From NCBI GenBank assembly GCA_035576005.1, contig DATLXH010000010.1:1673-65672 (forward strand): a stretch of DNA of 64,000 nucleotides, given 5' to 3'. The notes below the pieces were generated by a model that worked only from the letters and a program-made list of their open reading frames with translations, was not told the origin of the DNA and searched no databases. Source of the DNA: Thermoanaerobaculia bacterium. GTDB lineage: Bacteria; Acidobacteriota; Thermoanaerobaculia; Gp7-AA8. The position numbers and the translations under genes were made by a program. Positions 27,120 to 35,708 of this stretch are shown piece after piece (the first letter of the stretch is position 1; the number at the start of each line of letters is the position of its first letter).

Positions 27120-27871
27120 CTCACCGCCGTCTCTTTGTGATATCCGTCATGAAGCTTGACGGGCTTCGATTTCGTTTTGCGGAGCCGGATATTCAGCATC
27201 TCGACCAGGACCGAGAAACCCATCGCGAAGTAAATGTAGCCCTTCGGGATGTGGAATTCGAGACCTTCAGCGATGAGTGCCATTCCGATGAGAAGCAGGA
27301 AGCTGAGCGCCAGCATCTTCACCGTTGGATGGCGGTTCACGAAGTCGCCGATCGAGCGGGCTGAGAAGAACATGACGCCGACTGAGATGATTACTGCGGT
27401 GATCATCACGCTCACGTCTTTCACCATACCGACCGCGGTGATCACTGAGTCGAGGGAGAAGACGATGTCGAGAACCATGATCTGAGCGATGACGGAAGCA
27501 AGCGACGGCGCGGTTCGCGTTGAGACCTCGCCCTCTTCGCCTTCGAGCTTGTCGTGGATCTCGTGCGTGGCTTTCCCGAGGAGGAAGAGGCCTCCGATCA
27601 GCAGGATCAGATCGCGGCCGGAGATTCCATTGCCGAAGACTGTGAAGAGCGGGTTGGTCAGGCGAACGACCCAGGCGATCGAGAGAAGCAGAAGAATGCG
27701 CATGACCATCGCCCCTGCAAGTCCGAGGTTTCGCGCTTTTTTCTGCTGATCGGCTGGCAGCTTGCCGGAGAGGATGGAAATGAAAATTACGTTGTCGACG
27801 CCGAGAACGATTTCGAGTAGCGTCAATGTTGCCAGGGCGATCCAGGCCTGCGGGTCCGAGAGCCAATCCAT
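27116..27871 (-). CDS. TerC family integral membrane protein
   Basis: MDWLSDPQAWIALATLTLLEIVLGVDNVIFISIL and a second DSVITAVGM motif, typical of TerC/YegH/YkoY. GGAGGA sits 4 nt upstream of ATG 27869-27871. Confidence 0.9.
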   Translation of the reverse strand: MDWLSDPQAWIALATLTLLEIVLGVDNVIFISILSGKLPADQQKKARNLGLAGAMVMRILLLLSIAWVVRLTNPLFTVFGNGISGRDLILLIGGLFLLGKATHEIHDKLEGEEGEVSTRTAPSLASVIAQIMVLDIVFSLDSVITAVGMVKDVSVMITAVIISVGVMFFSARSIGDFVNRHPTVKMLALSFLLLIGMALIAEGLEFHIPKGYIYFAMGFSVLVEMLNIRLRKTKSKPVKLHDGYHKETAVS

Positions 27872-27980
27872 TTGTTCCTCCACCGTACGCGTAGGACGCC
27901 GGCGAGAGGGATTGTAGAGTTTCTTGTGCGAGTTGACGATGGCCGGCTTGGTAAGATCGGAAAATAAGCGAGGTGGAAGC

Positions 27981-29252
27981 TTGAAAGTTTTCAGCGTGAT
28001 GGCAGCGGTTGTAGCGGTCGTCGTTCCTGGCTGTGGCGTCGAGGAGACGGTTCACGGTCAGGTTCGGTCGCAGGTAACGAAGAGCGGGTCCGTGAGCAGA
28101 GCTGTGGTGGAGGAGATCGTTGTGCCGGCAACGGCCGGGTCCGCAGAACCGTTCCTGTCCACGTCGCGTTCGGGTCTTCTGCTCAGCTGGCTCGAGCCGG
28201 TCGCTGGCAGCGACCGCGTCGCGCTCCGTTTTGCGAGGTACGCGAACGGTCAATGGTCGGCAGCGAAGAGCGTAGTGGAGCGAAATGACCTCTTTGTAAA
28301 CTGGGCGGACTTTCCATCGATCGTAGAGGACGCCAGGGGAACGCTCTTCGCGCACTGGCTGCAGAAGAGTGGCGGCGGCACGTATTCGTATGACGTGCGG
28401 ATGGCGACCTCGGCCGACGGCGGTGCGACGTGGGACAAACCTTTCCTGCTCAATCGCGACGGCACGAAGACCGAACATGGGTTCGCCACGCTGGCAGCGT
28501 TACCGGATGGTGGCGTTGGCGCAACGTGGCTCGACGGACGGAAAATGAAAGCCGGCGGGGGGCATGGAGGAGCCGGACACGAGATGGGTGGCGATATGAC
28601 GATCCGTTACGCGACGGTGAGAGCGAACGGTGTCATCGCCGGTGATACGGAGCTCGACAGTCGAACGTGCGAATGCTGTACGACTGGAATGGCCATGACC
28701 ACCTCGGGGGCTGTCGTCGTTTACCGGGATCGTTCGTCCGGGGAGGTGCGCGACATCTCTTACGTCGCGCAGGTTCGAGGCCGCTGGAGTAAGCCTGCCA
28801 AGATTCATGCGGACGAGTGGAAGATCGACGGTTGTCCAGTAAACGGCCCGCAGATCGACGCCATGGGAAACCGCGCGGTTACTGTCTGGTTCACGGCCGC
28901 GCAGGAAAAGGGACGGGCGTTCGCGGCCTTCTCGGATGACGGTGGTGCGACGTTCGGCAGGGCGGTTCAGGTCGACGACGGCAAGCCGATCGGACGGCTC
29001 GACGTCGTCCTGCTGGATCCGGACACGGCCCTCGTCACATGGCTCGAGCAGACGGCACGTGGCGGGGAGATCCGAGCGCGGAAGGTGTCTAGGAATGGCC
29101 GGGTCGAGCCTGCCATCAGAATTGCTGATTCCAGCGTTGCGCGAGCATCGGGTTTCACGAGGATGGCAAAAGTTGGTCCCGAGGTCTATTTCGCATGGAC
29201 CGAGCAGAGCGCGAAGACGAAGAAGATTCATGTCGCACGCGGGCGCTTCTGA
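27981..29252 (+). CDS. BNR-repeat / sialidase-fold lipoprotein
   Basis: Two SxDxGxT(W/F) Asp-boxes (SADGGATW, SDDGGATF). Lipobox VVPGCG. The start is uncertain: TTG 27981 after GAGGTGGA, or TTG 27924 as in the ORF track. Confidence 0.8.
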   Translation: MKVFSVMAAVVAVVVPGCGVEETVHGQVRSQVTKSGSVSRAVVEEIVVPATAGSAEPFLSTSRSGLLLSWLEPVAGSDRVALRFARYANGQWSAAKSVVERNDLFVNWADFPSIVEDARGTLFAHWLQKSGGGTYSYDVRMATSADGGATWDKPFLLNRDGTKTEHGFATLAALPDGGVGATWLDGRKMKAGGGHGGAGHEMGGDMTIRYATVRANGVIAGDTELDSRTCECCTTGMAMTTSGAVVVYRDRSSGEVRDISYVAQVRGRWSKPAKIHADEWKIDGCPVNGPQIDAMGNRAVTVWFTAAQEKGRAFAAFSDDGGATFGRAVQVDDGKPIGRLDVVLLDPDTALVTWLEQTARGGEIRARKVSRNGRVEPAIRIADSSVARASGFTRMAKVGPEVYFAWTEQSAKTKKIHVARGRF

Positions 29253-29257
29253 CCTCC

Positions 29258-29325
29258 CAAAATCGCCGTGCTCCTCGAATCCAAGCCACTCTCCGCCGTC
29301 GAAAAAGGTCTCTCAGAAATGCGGG
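29258..29325 (+). mobile_element. MITE right half (truncated copy)
   Basis: CAAAATCGCCGTGC..CCAAGCCACTCTCCGCCGTC..AAGGTCTCTCAGAAATGCGGG aligns with 55919-55990. Confidence 0.75.
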
Positions 29326-29353
29326 CTCGGAACCGGAGTTCCAGGGACAAAGT

Positions 29354-29545
29354 GAGCCGCGAAGCGGCGTTCCCTCTCCCCGGCGGGGAGAGGGAAGCGA
29401 GCGAAGCGAAGCAGGGAGAGGGGCGCGAAAGTCTGGCGATCCCCGAGGACATCGCGGTCTTCGTATCTCTCGCGGCCCCTCTCCCGGTCGCTGACGCGAC
29501 CACCCTCTCCCCGCCGGGGAGAGGGATCCGGCCCCTTCGGGACCG
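29354..29545 (+). repeat. Mosaic palindromic repeat, copy B
   Basis: Collinear with 7364-7554. Confidence 0.85.
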
Positions 29546-29647
29546 CCGCCTCTTCGCGTCGACTTTCTCTTCGCAGTTTTTCCGTGCGGGAACGTCTTCC
29601 GTTGCCAGGTTGTTCAAAATCGTAACGTGCAGGACAAATCCGCGCCG

Positions 29648-30052
29648 ATGAAACGACGACTCATAGCCGCAGCCTGGATTACCGGAGCCACCGTGCCGCT
29701 CTTCGTGGCTACGCTGTTTATCGTCGGCTGCTGCGTCTTTCCGTTTCACAAGACGTTGCACAAGCTCATGCCGCTGTGTGACATGGCGGCCGGAATCATG
29801 CGCGGCACTCAGGCAGCAGGCAGTCATGATCAGGATGCCACGCCTTCGGCGCCGGCTCGCGAGAAGCAGGAGCCGGTCCGGCGGTTGGCAACCGAAGCTC
29901 CTCACGTATTCCGCCTCTCGACTCTAACGGCGACCGCGCTCGTCACAGCCCCCACCGCTTCGAGCTCCTACCGAAGCTTCATCACACTCGGGGCGATCCG
30001 ATGCGATCGAGATGTCGGGCTGCAGATTCTGCTCGACACCTTCCTGATCTGA
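29648..30052 (+). CDS. Small membrane-anchored Cys/His/Met-containing protein with conserved C-terminal LGA..D.G.Q.LL.TFLI tail (paralogue of 44005-44355)
   Basis: MKRRLIAAAWITGATVPLFVATLFIV anchor, then GCCVFPFHKTLHKLMPLCDM. The last 22 aa align with the His-rich ORF upstream of czcC. Confidence 0.6.
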   Translation: MKRRLIAAAWITGATVPLFVATLFIVGCCVFPFHKTLHKLMPLCDMAAGIMRGTQAAGSHDQDATPSAPAREKQEPVRRLATEAPHVFRLSTLTATALVTAPTASSSYRSFITLGAIRCDRDVGLQILLDTFLI

Positions 30053-30202
30053 TCCCTCCTCCACGTGGCGAGTCCGCGCTGTGGCACTGCTGTGCCCCGC
30101 GTTCTCGATGCGCGTTCGCCGGTCCAAGTCCCCGACCAGCCGAGATTCATTCGCATGCAGCGTCGCTGGTGCCTGTGAAACACGATTCAGAAGGAGTTCC
30201 AG

Positions 30203-31234
30203 ATGAAGCATTTCATTCACTTCACCGCCCGGGTCTCAACCTTGGCGATCACGCTATCGCTTTTCGTTGCGGCTTGCGGCGGGAAGCAGACCGTCGCCAG
30301 TAAGAGCGCGGAAGCGTTCCGCGAAGCACAACAGAAAGGTACTCCCGTGGGTGGCGACGGTCATGGTGGCCACAGCGCTGGCGAAGGCGCCACCGAGTCA
30401 GCCGGTGGCCCCGTAACGATGGCCGGAATGGACCATTCGAAGATGGACATGAGCGGCCAGAAGAGCATGGCCGGGATGGACCACTCGAAGATGAACATGG
30501 GTGGCCAGAAAAGTATGGCCGGGGTGGACCACTCGAAGATGAACATGGGTGGCCAGAAAAGTATGGCCGGAATGGACCACTCGAAGATGGACATGAGCGG
30601 CAAGAAAAGCATGGCCGGGATGGACCATTCGAAGATGGACATGGGCGGCCAGAAGAGCATGGCCGGGATGCACCACTCCAAGATGGACATGAGTGGGCAG
30701 AAGAGCATGGCTGGAATGGACCACTCGAAGATGAGCATGGCTGCCGACGGTGGGATGGCCGGGATGCAGCACGGCAGCTCAGGTTCCGCCGAGATACGGG
30801 TTCCAACCACTAACGGCGAGATGCAGCGATTGCGCCCTGCCGATACACTCAACGTCGATCTATTCGACGCTCCGGTCTCCATCTCAGTTGCTGAGGCAAT
30901 GAAAACGCCGCAGGGCGAGAGTGGCGACAGTTCCGAGCCCGCGATGTCTGGTCATGCGCAGCACGGCATGACAGAGCCCGCTCCAGCCGGTCCGGCTTCA
31001 CCGCATCAAACCGGCACGCCTGGTCCGGAAATGGATCACAGCCAGCACAGCCAGCCTGCAGCGGTGGCGAAGCCGAAGCCGCGGAAACAGACGACATCGC
31101 GGCCGAAGGGCGCTCCAGCCGCAGCGACCGTTTACGCCTGTCCGATGCATCCGGAAGTAACCAGCGACAAGGCGGGAAGCTGCCCGAAGTGCGGGATGGC
31201 GCTTACGAAACAGATCAAGAGGACCACTCGATGA
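30203..31234 (+). CDS. Lipoprotein with 7.4 tandem Met/His-rich repeats and a C-terminal CPMHPE-type heavy-metal-binding domain
   Basis: Lipobox LFVAACGG. (MAGMDHSKMDMSGQKS)x7. C-terminal [24 protein letters not shown]. Confidence 0.85.
   Translation: MKHFIHFTARVSTLAITLSLFVAACGGKQTVASKSAEAFREAQQKGTPVGGDGHGGHSAGEGATESAGGPVTMAGMDHSKMDMSGQKSMAGMDHSKMNMGGQKSMAGVDHSKMNMGGQKSMAGMDHSKMDMSGKKSMAGMDHSKMDMGGQKSMAGMHHSKMDMSGQKSMAGMDHSKMSMAADGGMAGMQHGSSGSAEIRVPTTNGEMQRLRPADTLNVDLFDAPVSISVAEAMKTPQGESGDSSEPAMSGHAQHGMTEPAPAGPASPHQTGTPGPEMDHSQHSQPAAVAKPKPRKQTTSRPKGAPAAATVYACPMHPEVTSDKAGSCPKCGMALTKQIKRTTR
30419..30772 (+). repeat. In-frame 48-bp tandem repeat (7 full units + partial) encoding MAGMDHSKM(D/N)M(S/G)GQKS
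   Basis: Units read directly; they differ by only a few substitutions. Confidence 0.9.
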
Positions 31235-32637
31235 AAGTCTTCACAGCAATGTTTCCGGGCATCGCACTCGTGCTCACCTCATGCGTGAGCGTGCCGCGCG
31301 ACGCCGGCACGGGCGACGTGCAACAGACGATCACGCAGCGCGGCGGGCCGACAATCGAGTGGAGAGCGCAGCCTTCGAAAGACGACGACGGACGCATCGG
31401 CGCGATGCTGGCGGACGATCTGACCGCGGACGAGGCGGTGGCAATCGCGATGCTCAACAACCCACGGCTGCAGGTCACGCTCGCGGAGCTGGGAATTGCG
31501 CGCGCGGACCTCATGCAGGCCAGCACGATCACGAATCCGGTATTCGAATTCGAGATCCGATTTCCCGGCGAGCCCTACCGCCCGTACGAGCTGCGACTGG
31601 CCCAGTCGCTCATCGAATTGATTCAGCTGCCGCGGCGACGTGCGGTGGGCCGCGCCATATTCGAGACTACCCAGATGCGGGTCAGCTCAGAAGTTCTGCG
31701 ATTCGCGGGCGAAGTCCGATCGAGCTACTTCGGGCTCATCGCGGCGACGCAGCATGTGGCGCTCAGCCGCTCGATCATGGAGTCCGCGCAGGCGGCGGCC
31801 GAAGTCGCTCTCAGGCAGCACCGCGCGGAGAACATCACCGATCTCGATCTGGAAAATGAACAGGCGCTCTACGAACAGGCCAAGCTCACGCTCGCTCGCG
31901 CCGAGCAGGGACTCCTCATGGCCCGCGAGACCCTTCTGCGCAGTATGGGTTTGCGTAATGCCACCACCGAGTGGCGCGTCCCGGCGACGTTCCCGGAGCT
32001 GCCTGAGTCCGAGCTGGATCAGCCCAATCTGGAGAGGCTCGCGGCAGCACAGCGGCTCGACATTGCCATCGCCCGTCGTGAGGTCGAGCTGGCGCAGCGA
32101 CAGGTGCCATTGACGCGTCTGGCGGTGCTGGAAGAGACCGTCCTCGATCTCCATCACGAGCGCGAGCCGGACGGGGCGCGCAGTTCCGGTCCAGGTATCG
32201 AGTTTCCGATCCCGATCTTCAACACGGGACGCGCCGCCCGAACGCGAGCAGAAGCACAGTACCTGCGCACGCGCCACACACTCAACGCGCTGGAGGCGGA
32301 GTCGGCATCGCAGTTGCGCGGCGCCCGGTCGACTCTCGCGGAAGCGCGCGCCCGGGTCGAGTACTACCGGGACGTCATCGTTCCGCGACGCGCACGCATC
32401 GTCGAGCTTACCAAGCTCGAGCACAACGCCATGATCGCCGGCATCTTCCAGCTCCTACAGGCTAAGCAGAATGAGATGCGGGCGCGGGGCGATTACATCG
32501 AAGCGCAACACGAGTATTGGAGTGCACGCACGAGTCTCGATGGCGCTCTGCTGGGTATCGCTCCCGACACATCGTTCACGCCCGCGACCGATCAGCGAAG
32601 TGGCAGGCGCTCGGAAATGAGCAGAGGGGATCACTAA
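31231..32637 (+). CDS. TolC-family outer membrane efflux lipoprotein (CusC/OprM-like)
   Basis: Lipobox LVLTSC. Two-repeat alpha/beta TolC-like sequence. ATG overlaps the upstream stop (ATGA). Confidence 0.85.
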   Translation: MKVFTAMFPGIALVLTSCVSVPRDAGTGDVQQTITQRGGPTIEWRAQPSKDDDGRIGAMLADDLTADEAVAIAMLNNPRLQVTLAELGIARADLMQASTITNPVFEFEIRFPGEPYRPYELRLAQSLIELIQLPRRRAVGRAIFETTQMRVSSEVLRFAGEVRSSYFGLIAATQHVALSRSIMESAQAAAEVALRQHRAENITDLDLENEQALYEQAKLTLARAEQGLLMARETLLRSMGLRNATTEWRVPATFPELPESELDQPNLERLAAAQRLDIAIARREVELAQRQVPLTRLAVLEETVLDLHHEREPDGARSSGPGIEFPIPIFNTGRAARTRAEAQYLRTRHTLNALEAESASQLRGARSTLAEARARVEYYRDVIVPRRARIVELTKLEHNAMIAGIFQLLQAKQNEMRARGDYIEAQHEYWSARTSLDGALLGIAPDTSFTPATDQRSGRRSEMSRGDH

Positions 32638-32639
32638 TC

Positions 32640-33974
32640 ATGTCATTCACACGTCGGAATCTCATTTTCTCGAGCCTCGCCGGCACGGTCGCCGGACTTC
32701 TGGGCGGCAAACGCAGCGAGGCGCAGCAACTGCGCGCCCGAGGGGAGAGCGGCCCACCGCCGAAACCGCTGACGGCGCGAAGGAGCCGTGGTCGCGCTCC
32801 GGTGATCACACCAAACGGCACCTCGCTCCCGTTTCGCATGGTCGGCGGAGTCAAGGAGTTTCATCTGATCGCCGAGCCGGTACGACGCGAGTTCGTCAAT
32901 GGACTCGATGTCAATTGCTGGGGCTACAACGGCGTCACGCCGGGACCGACCATCGAAGCAATCGAAGGCGATCGCGTCCGAATTCTCGTGACGAATAAGC
33001 TACCCGAGGGGACCTCGGTTCACTGGCACGGCATGATCCTGCCCAACGGCATGGACGGGGTGAGCGGCCTCAACCAGCCGAAGATCCTGCCTGGCGAGAC
33101 GTTCGCCTATGAGTACACGCTCCAGCAGACCGGCACGCTCATGTACCACCCCCATTTCGACGAGATGACGCAGATCGCCCTCGGCATGCACGGCTTCTTC
33201 ATCATTCATCCGCGCGATACGAGCGTTCGCCGCGTAGACCGCGACTTCGCAATCTTCCTCAACGAATGGTTCATCAAGCCGGGGACGGCCACACCCGACC
33301 CGACGGTGATGCTCGACTTCAACACCTTCACCATGAACGGCCGCGTCTTTCCCGGGACAGAGCCAATGCTCGTGCGTACCGGCGACCGTGTCCGCATCCG
33401 GCTGGGCAACCTGACCATGGACTCGCATCCGATCCACATTCACGGACATGCGTTCTACATTACGGGCACTGACGCCGGAGCAATTCCGCAGAGCGCGTGG
33501 TGGCCCGAAACCTCCGCGAACGTTCCGGTTGGGACGACGCGCGACGTCGAGTTCACCGCGGACAACCCCGGCGATTGGGCGTTCCATTGTCACAAGACGC
33601 ATCACGTCATGAATCAGATGGGGCACGACCTCCCGAATCTCCTCGGCATCGATCCATCGAACACGCAGCAGCGTCTCAACAAGATCGTGCCGGGGACCAT
33701 GGTGATGGGAACGACCGGCATGGGTGACATGGCGGAGCATCAGGGAATGATGGCGACGCCCCGCAACAGCATCGCCATGATGGGCGGTCAGGGTCCCTTT
33801 GGTCCGATCGACATGGGCGGCATGTTCACCCTGGTCAAGGTGCGCGATGACATCGACTACAACCGCGATCCTGGCTGGTACAAGCAACCGCGAGGAACTT
33901 CGGCCTGGCGGGTCGATTCGATGTCCGTTGCCCCGACTGAGAAGCCTTCATCTCATGAGGGTCATGAGAAATGA
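32640..33974 (+). CDS. Multicopper oxidase, Tat-exported
   Basis: Tat signal MSFTRRNLIFSSLAG. Copper ligand motifs HWHG, YHPH, HPIHIHGH, HCHKTHHVMNQM. Confidence 0.9.
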   Translation: MSFTRRNLIFSSLAGTVAGLLGGKRSEAQQLRARGESGPPPKPLTARRSRGRAPVITPNGTSLPFRMVGGVKEFHLIAEPVRREFVNGLDVNCWGYNGVTPGPTIEAIEGDRVRILVTNKLPEGTSVHWHGMILPNGMDGVSGLNQPKILPGETFAYEYTLQQTGTLMYHPHFDEMTQIALGMHGFFIIHPRDTSVRRVDRDFAIFLNEWFIKPGTATPDPTVMLDFNTFTMNGRVFPGTEPMLVRTGDRVRIRLGNLTMDSHPIHIHGHAFYITGTDAGAIPQSAWWPETSANVPVGTTRDVEFTADNPGDWAFHCHKTHHVMNQMGHDLPNLLGIDPSNTQQRLNKIVPGTMVMGTTGMGDMAEHQGMMATPRNSIAMMGGQGPFGPIDMGGMFTLVKVRDDIDYNRDPGWYKQPRGTSAWRVDSMSVAPTEKPSSHEGHEK

Positions 33975-34600
33975 GGCGTGGCGTGAAAATCACGATCGGC
34001 ATCGTCGTCGTGATCGCGGTACTGGGGATCGCGATGATGCTATCGATGCTCCGCAAAGGATTCAGCTCCATGGACGAGCCCTCGGCGATGGAGTCCTTCA
34101 TGGCCACGACGATGCGTCGCTATGCAGTGCCGTCCAATCTGAAGAACGCGAAGAACCCGTTACCTGTCACGGCGGAGATCGTCGGCGAGGGACGGTCGCA
34201 TTTCGCCGACCACTGCGCCAGTTGTCATGGGAATGACGGCAAGGGTCAGACATCGATGGGTCCGAAGATGTATCCCAGAGTTCCGGACATGACCCTGCCG
34301 GCGACGCAGTCTCAATCGGATGGCCAACTATTCGCGACGATCGAGAACGGGATACGTCTGACAGGGATGCCGGCCTTCGGCGAAGGCAATGCAGAATCGG
34401 CATACGGCAGCTGGGGACTGGTGCACTTCATCCGCCACCTGCCGAAGATCACCGCCGAGGAGTTGGCGGGGATGGAAAAGCTCAACCCGAAGTCACCCGA
34501 GGAATGGCAGCAGTTGCAGGAAGAGGAAGCATTCCTGGCAGAGGGCGGCGACGTTCCTGCGCCTGCGCCGGCAGCTCACAACCCAAAGCCACATCACTGA
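33971..34600 (+). CDS. Membrane-anchored mono-haem c-type cytochrome
   Basis: N-terminal TM helix, CASCH haem motif, distal TGMPAFG. ATG overlaps the oxidase stop (ATGA). Confidence 0.85.
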   Translation: MRRGVKITIGIVVVIAVLGIAMMLSMLRKGFSSMDEPSAMESFMATTMRRYAVPSNLKNAKNPLPVTAEIVGEGRSHFADHCASCHGNDGKGQTSMGPKMYPRVPDMTLPATQSQSDGQLFATIENGIRLTGMPAFGEGNAESAYGSWGLVHFIRHLPKITAEELAGMEKLNPKSPEEWQQLQEEEAFLAEGGDVPAPAPAAHNPKPHH

Positions 34601-34621
34601 TTCAACTAAGGACAAACCACT

Positions 34622-34927
34622 ATGAGAAGAATCACAGTCGTATCACTGATGCTCCTCTTCACTGCAACGTTGCTCCTTGCTCACGCCGGTGAAGTACACA
34701 CCTACCTCGGCACAGTCACGAAGATCAACGCGGATGGCTCATTCGTCATCAGGATGACGAACGGAAAGGATCGCACGGTTCTCGTTTCGAAGAGCACAAC
34801 CTACAACCACGCTGATGGCCATGCCGGTAAGCGCTCAGAGATCACGGTCGGCAGGCGCGTCGCCGCAAAGATCTCGAAAGACGCGAAGACCGCGTTGAAC
34901 GTGAAGATGAGCGGCACAAGGAAATGA
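34622..34927 (+). CDS. Small periplasmic protein (DUF5666/OB-like), possible metal chaperone
   Basis: Signal peptide. GTVTKINADGSFVIRM..VLVSKSTTYNHADGHAG..ITVGRRV resembles the DUF5666 pattern seen in 18712-19605. Confidence 0.6.
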   Translation: MRRITVVSLMLLFTATLLLAHAGEVHTYLGTVTKINADGSFVIRMTNGKDRTVLVSKSTTYNHADGHAGKRSEITVGRRVAAKISKDAKTALNVKMSGTRK

Positions 34928-34942
34928 CCAGGCAGGATATAT

Positions 34943-35038
34943 GTGGCCGGACATTCCAATGTCCGGCGGCCCTTCGAACTTGTTGTCAGAACCGATCGTG
35001 TCTCTTAATAACCGCCGGACATTGGAATGTCCGGCCAC
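34943..35038. repeat. REPIN-like doublet, second locus (perfect 27-bp inverted arms, 42-nt spacer)
   Basis: GTGGCCGGACATTCCAATGTCCGGCGG ... CCGCCGGACATTGGAATGTCCGGCCAC. Ends 34 nt upstream of the DUF326 ATG. Confidence 0.85.
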
Positions 35039-35072
35039 AATTTCACCGCTCACCACCTCGAGGAGAAAGATC

Positions 35073-35432
35073 ATGAGTCACACCGAACATCACGCGGAAA
35101 TGGAACGCTGCATCAAGGCATGTCAGGATTGCGCACAAAGCTGCGAGGAATGCTTCGGCGACTGCGTGCGCATGGATATGCCGGGCATGGCGAAGTGCAT
35201 TCAGCTCTGCCGCGATTGCGCCGACGTCTGCTCGACGAATGTCCAGCTGATGGCCCGCGGCAGCGACTTTAATCTCTGCGACCGCTGCGCGGAGATCTGC
35301 GACCAGTGCGCGGATGAGTGTGAGCGGATGGCCGCCCAACACAAAGGCGAGCATGCCGAGATGCTGAAGCGCTGCGCGGAAGCGTGCCGTCGATGCGCCG
35401 AGTCATGTCGCAAGATGGCGAAGGCGTCGTAA
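35073..35432 (+). CDS. Four-helix-bundle Cys-rich copper-binding protein (DUF326 / Csp-like)
   Basis: 119 aa with repeated CxxC(A/E)xxC motifs (CIKACQDCAQSCEEC, CIQLCRDCADVC, CDRCAEICDQCADEC, CAEACRRCAESC). AGGAG sits 7 nt upstream of the ATG. Confidence 0.85.
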   Translation: MSHTEHHAEMERCIKACQDCAQSCEECFGDCVRMDMPGMAKCIQLCRDCADVCSTNVQLMARGSDFNLCDRCAEICDQCADECERMAAQHKGEHAEMLKRCAEACRRCAESCRKMAKAS

Positions 35433-35462
35433 CTGCTGAAATGACTCGACCCACGAAGGGGC

Positions 35463-35592
35463 GAAGCCTTTGGAGTGCGGCAGCCGCAGCTGCCGCTTTC
35501 TGTGTCACGTCGCGAATCTTCCTGGGTAAGAATTTTCAACCACGCGAGTTCTACACCAAAGCGCAGCTGCGGCTGCCGTACTCCAACGCTTC
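35463..35592. repeat. 130-bp element with ~30-bp inverted arms (GAAGCCTTTGGAGTGCGGCAGCCGCAGCTGC / GCAGCTGCGGCTGCCGTACTCCAACGCTTC)
   Basis: Read directly. Lies in the 275-nt region upstream of copA. Confidence 0.7.
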
Positions 35593-35708
35593 GCAGTTCC
35601 TTCTGCGAGCACATGCCGGGGCGAAAATGGGTGGAGGGTGTAAGGGTCTCCTCGAACGTTCGTCATTCCTCACTGCAGCGGAATTCGCACAGAAAGTTCG
35701 AAGGAGAG

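Noticed and set aside
27872-27980. yybP-ykoY (Mn2+) riboswitch upstream of the TerC-family gene
   Set aside because: The leader is only about 50-110 nt long and is shared with a divergent gene. I could not find the conserved GGGGAGUAG / CAGGAGAGAC-type elements.
27267-28478. 403-aa ORF on the minus strand
   Set aside because: It runs antisense across the terC-family gene and the BNR gene. The Arg/Pro/His-rich composition is typical of out-of-frame reading in high-GC DNA. There is no motif, and better genes occupy both regions.
30249-30882. Three minus-strand ORFs with periodic HPGH / SSGP repeats
   Set aside because: They are antisense translations of the 48-bp tandem repeat. The plus strand has a lipoprotein signal, metal-binding logic and coupling to the next gene.
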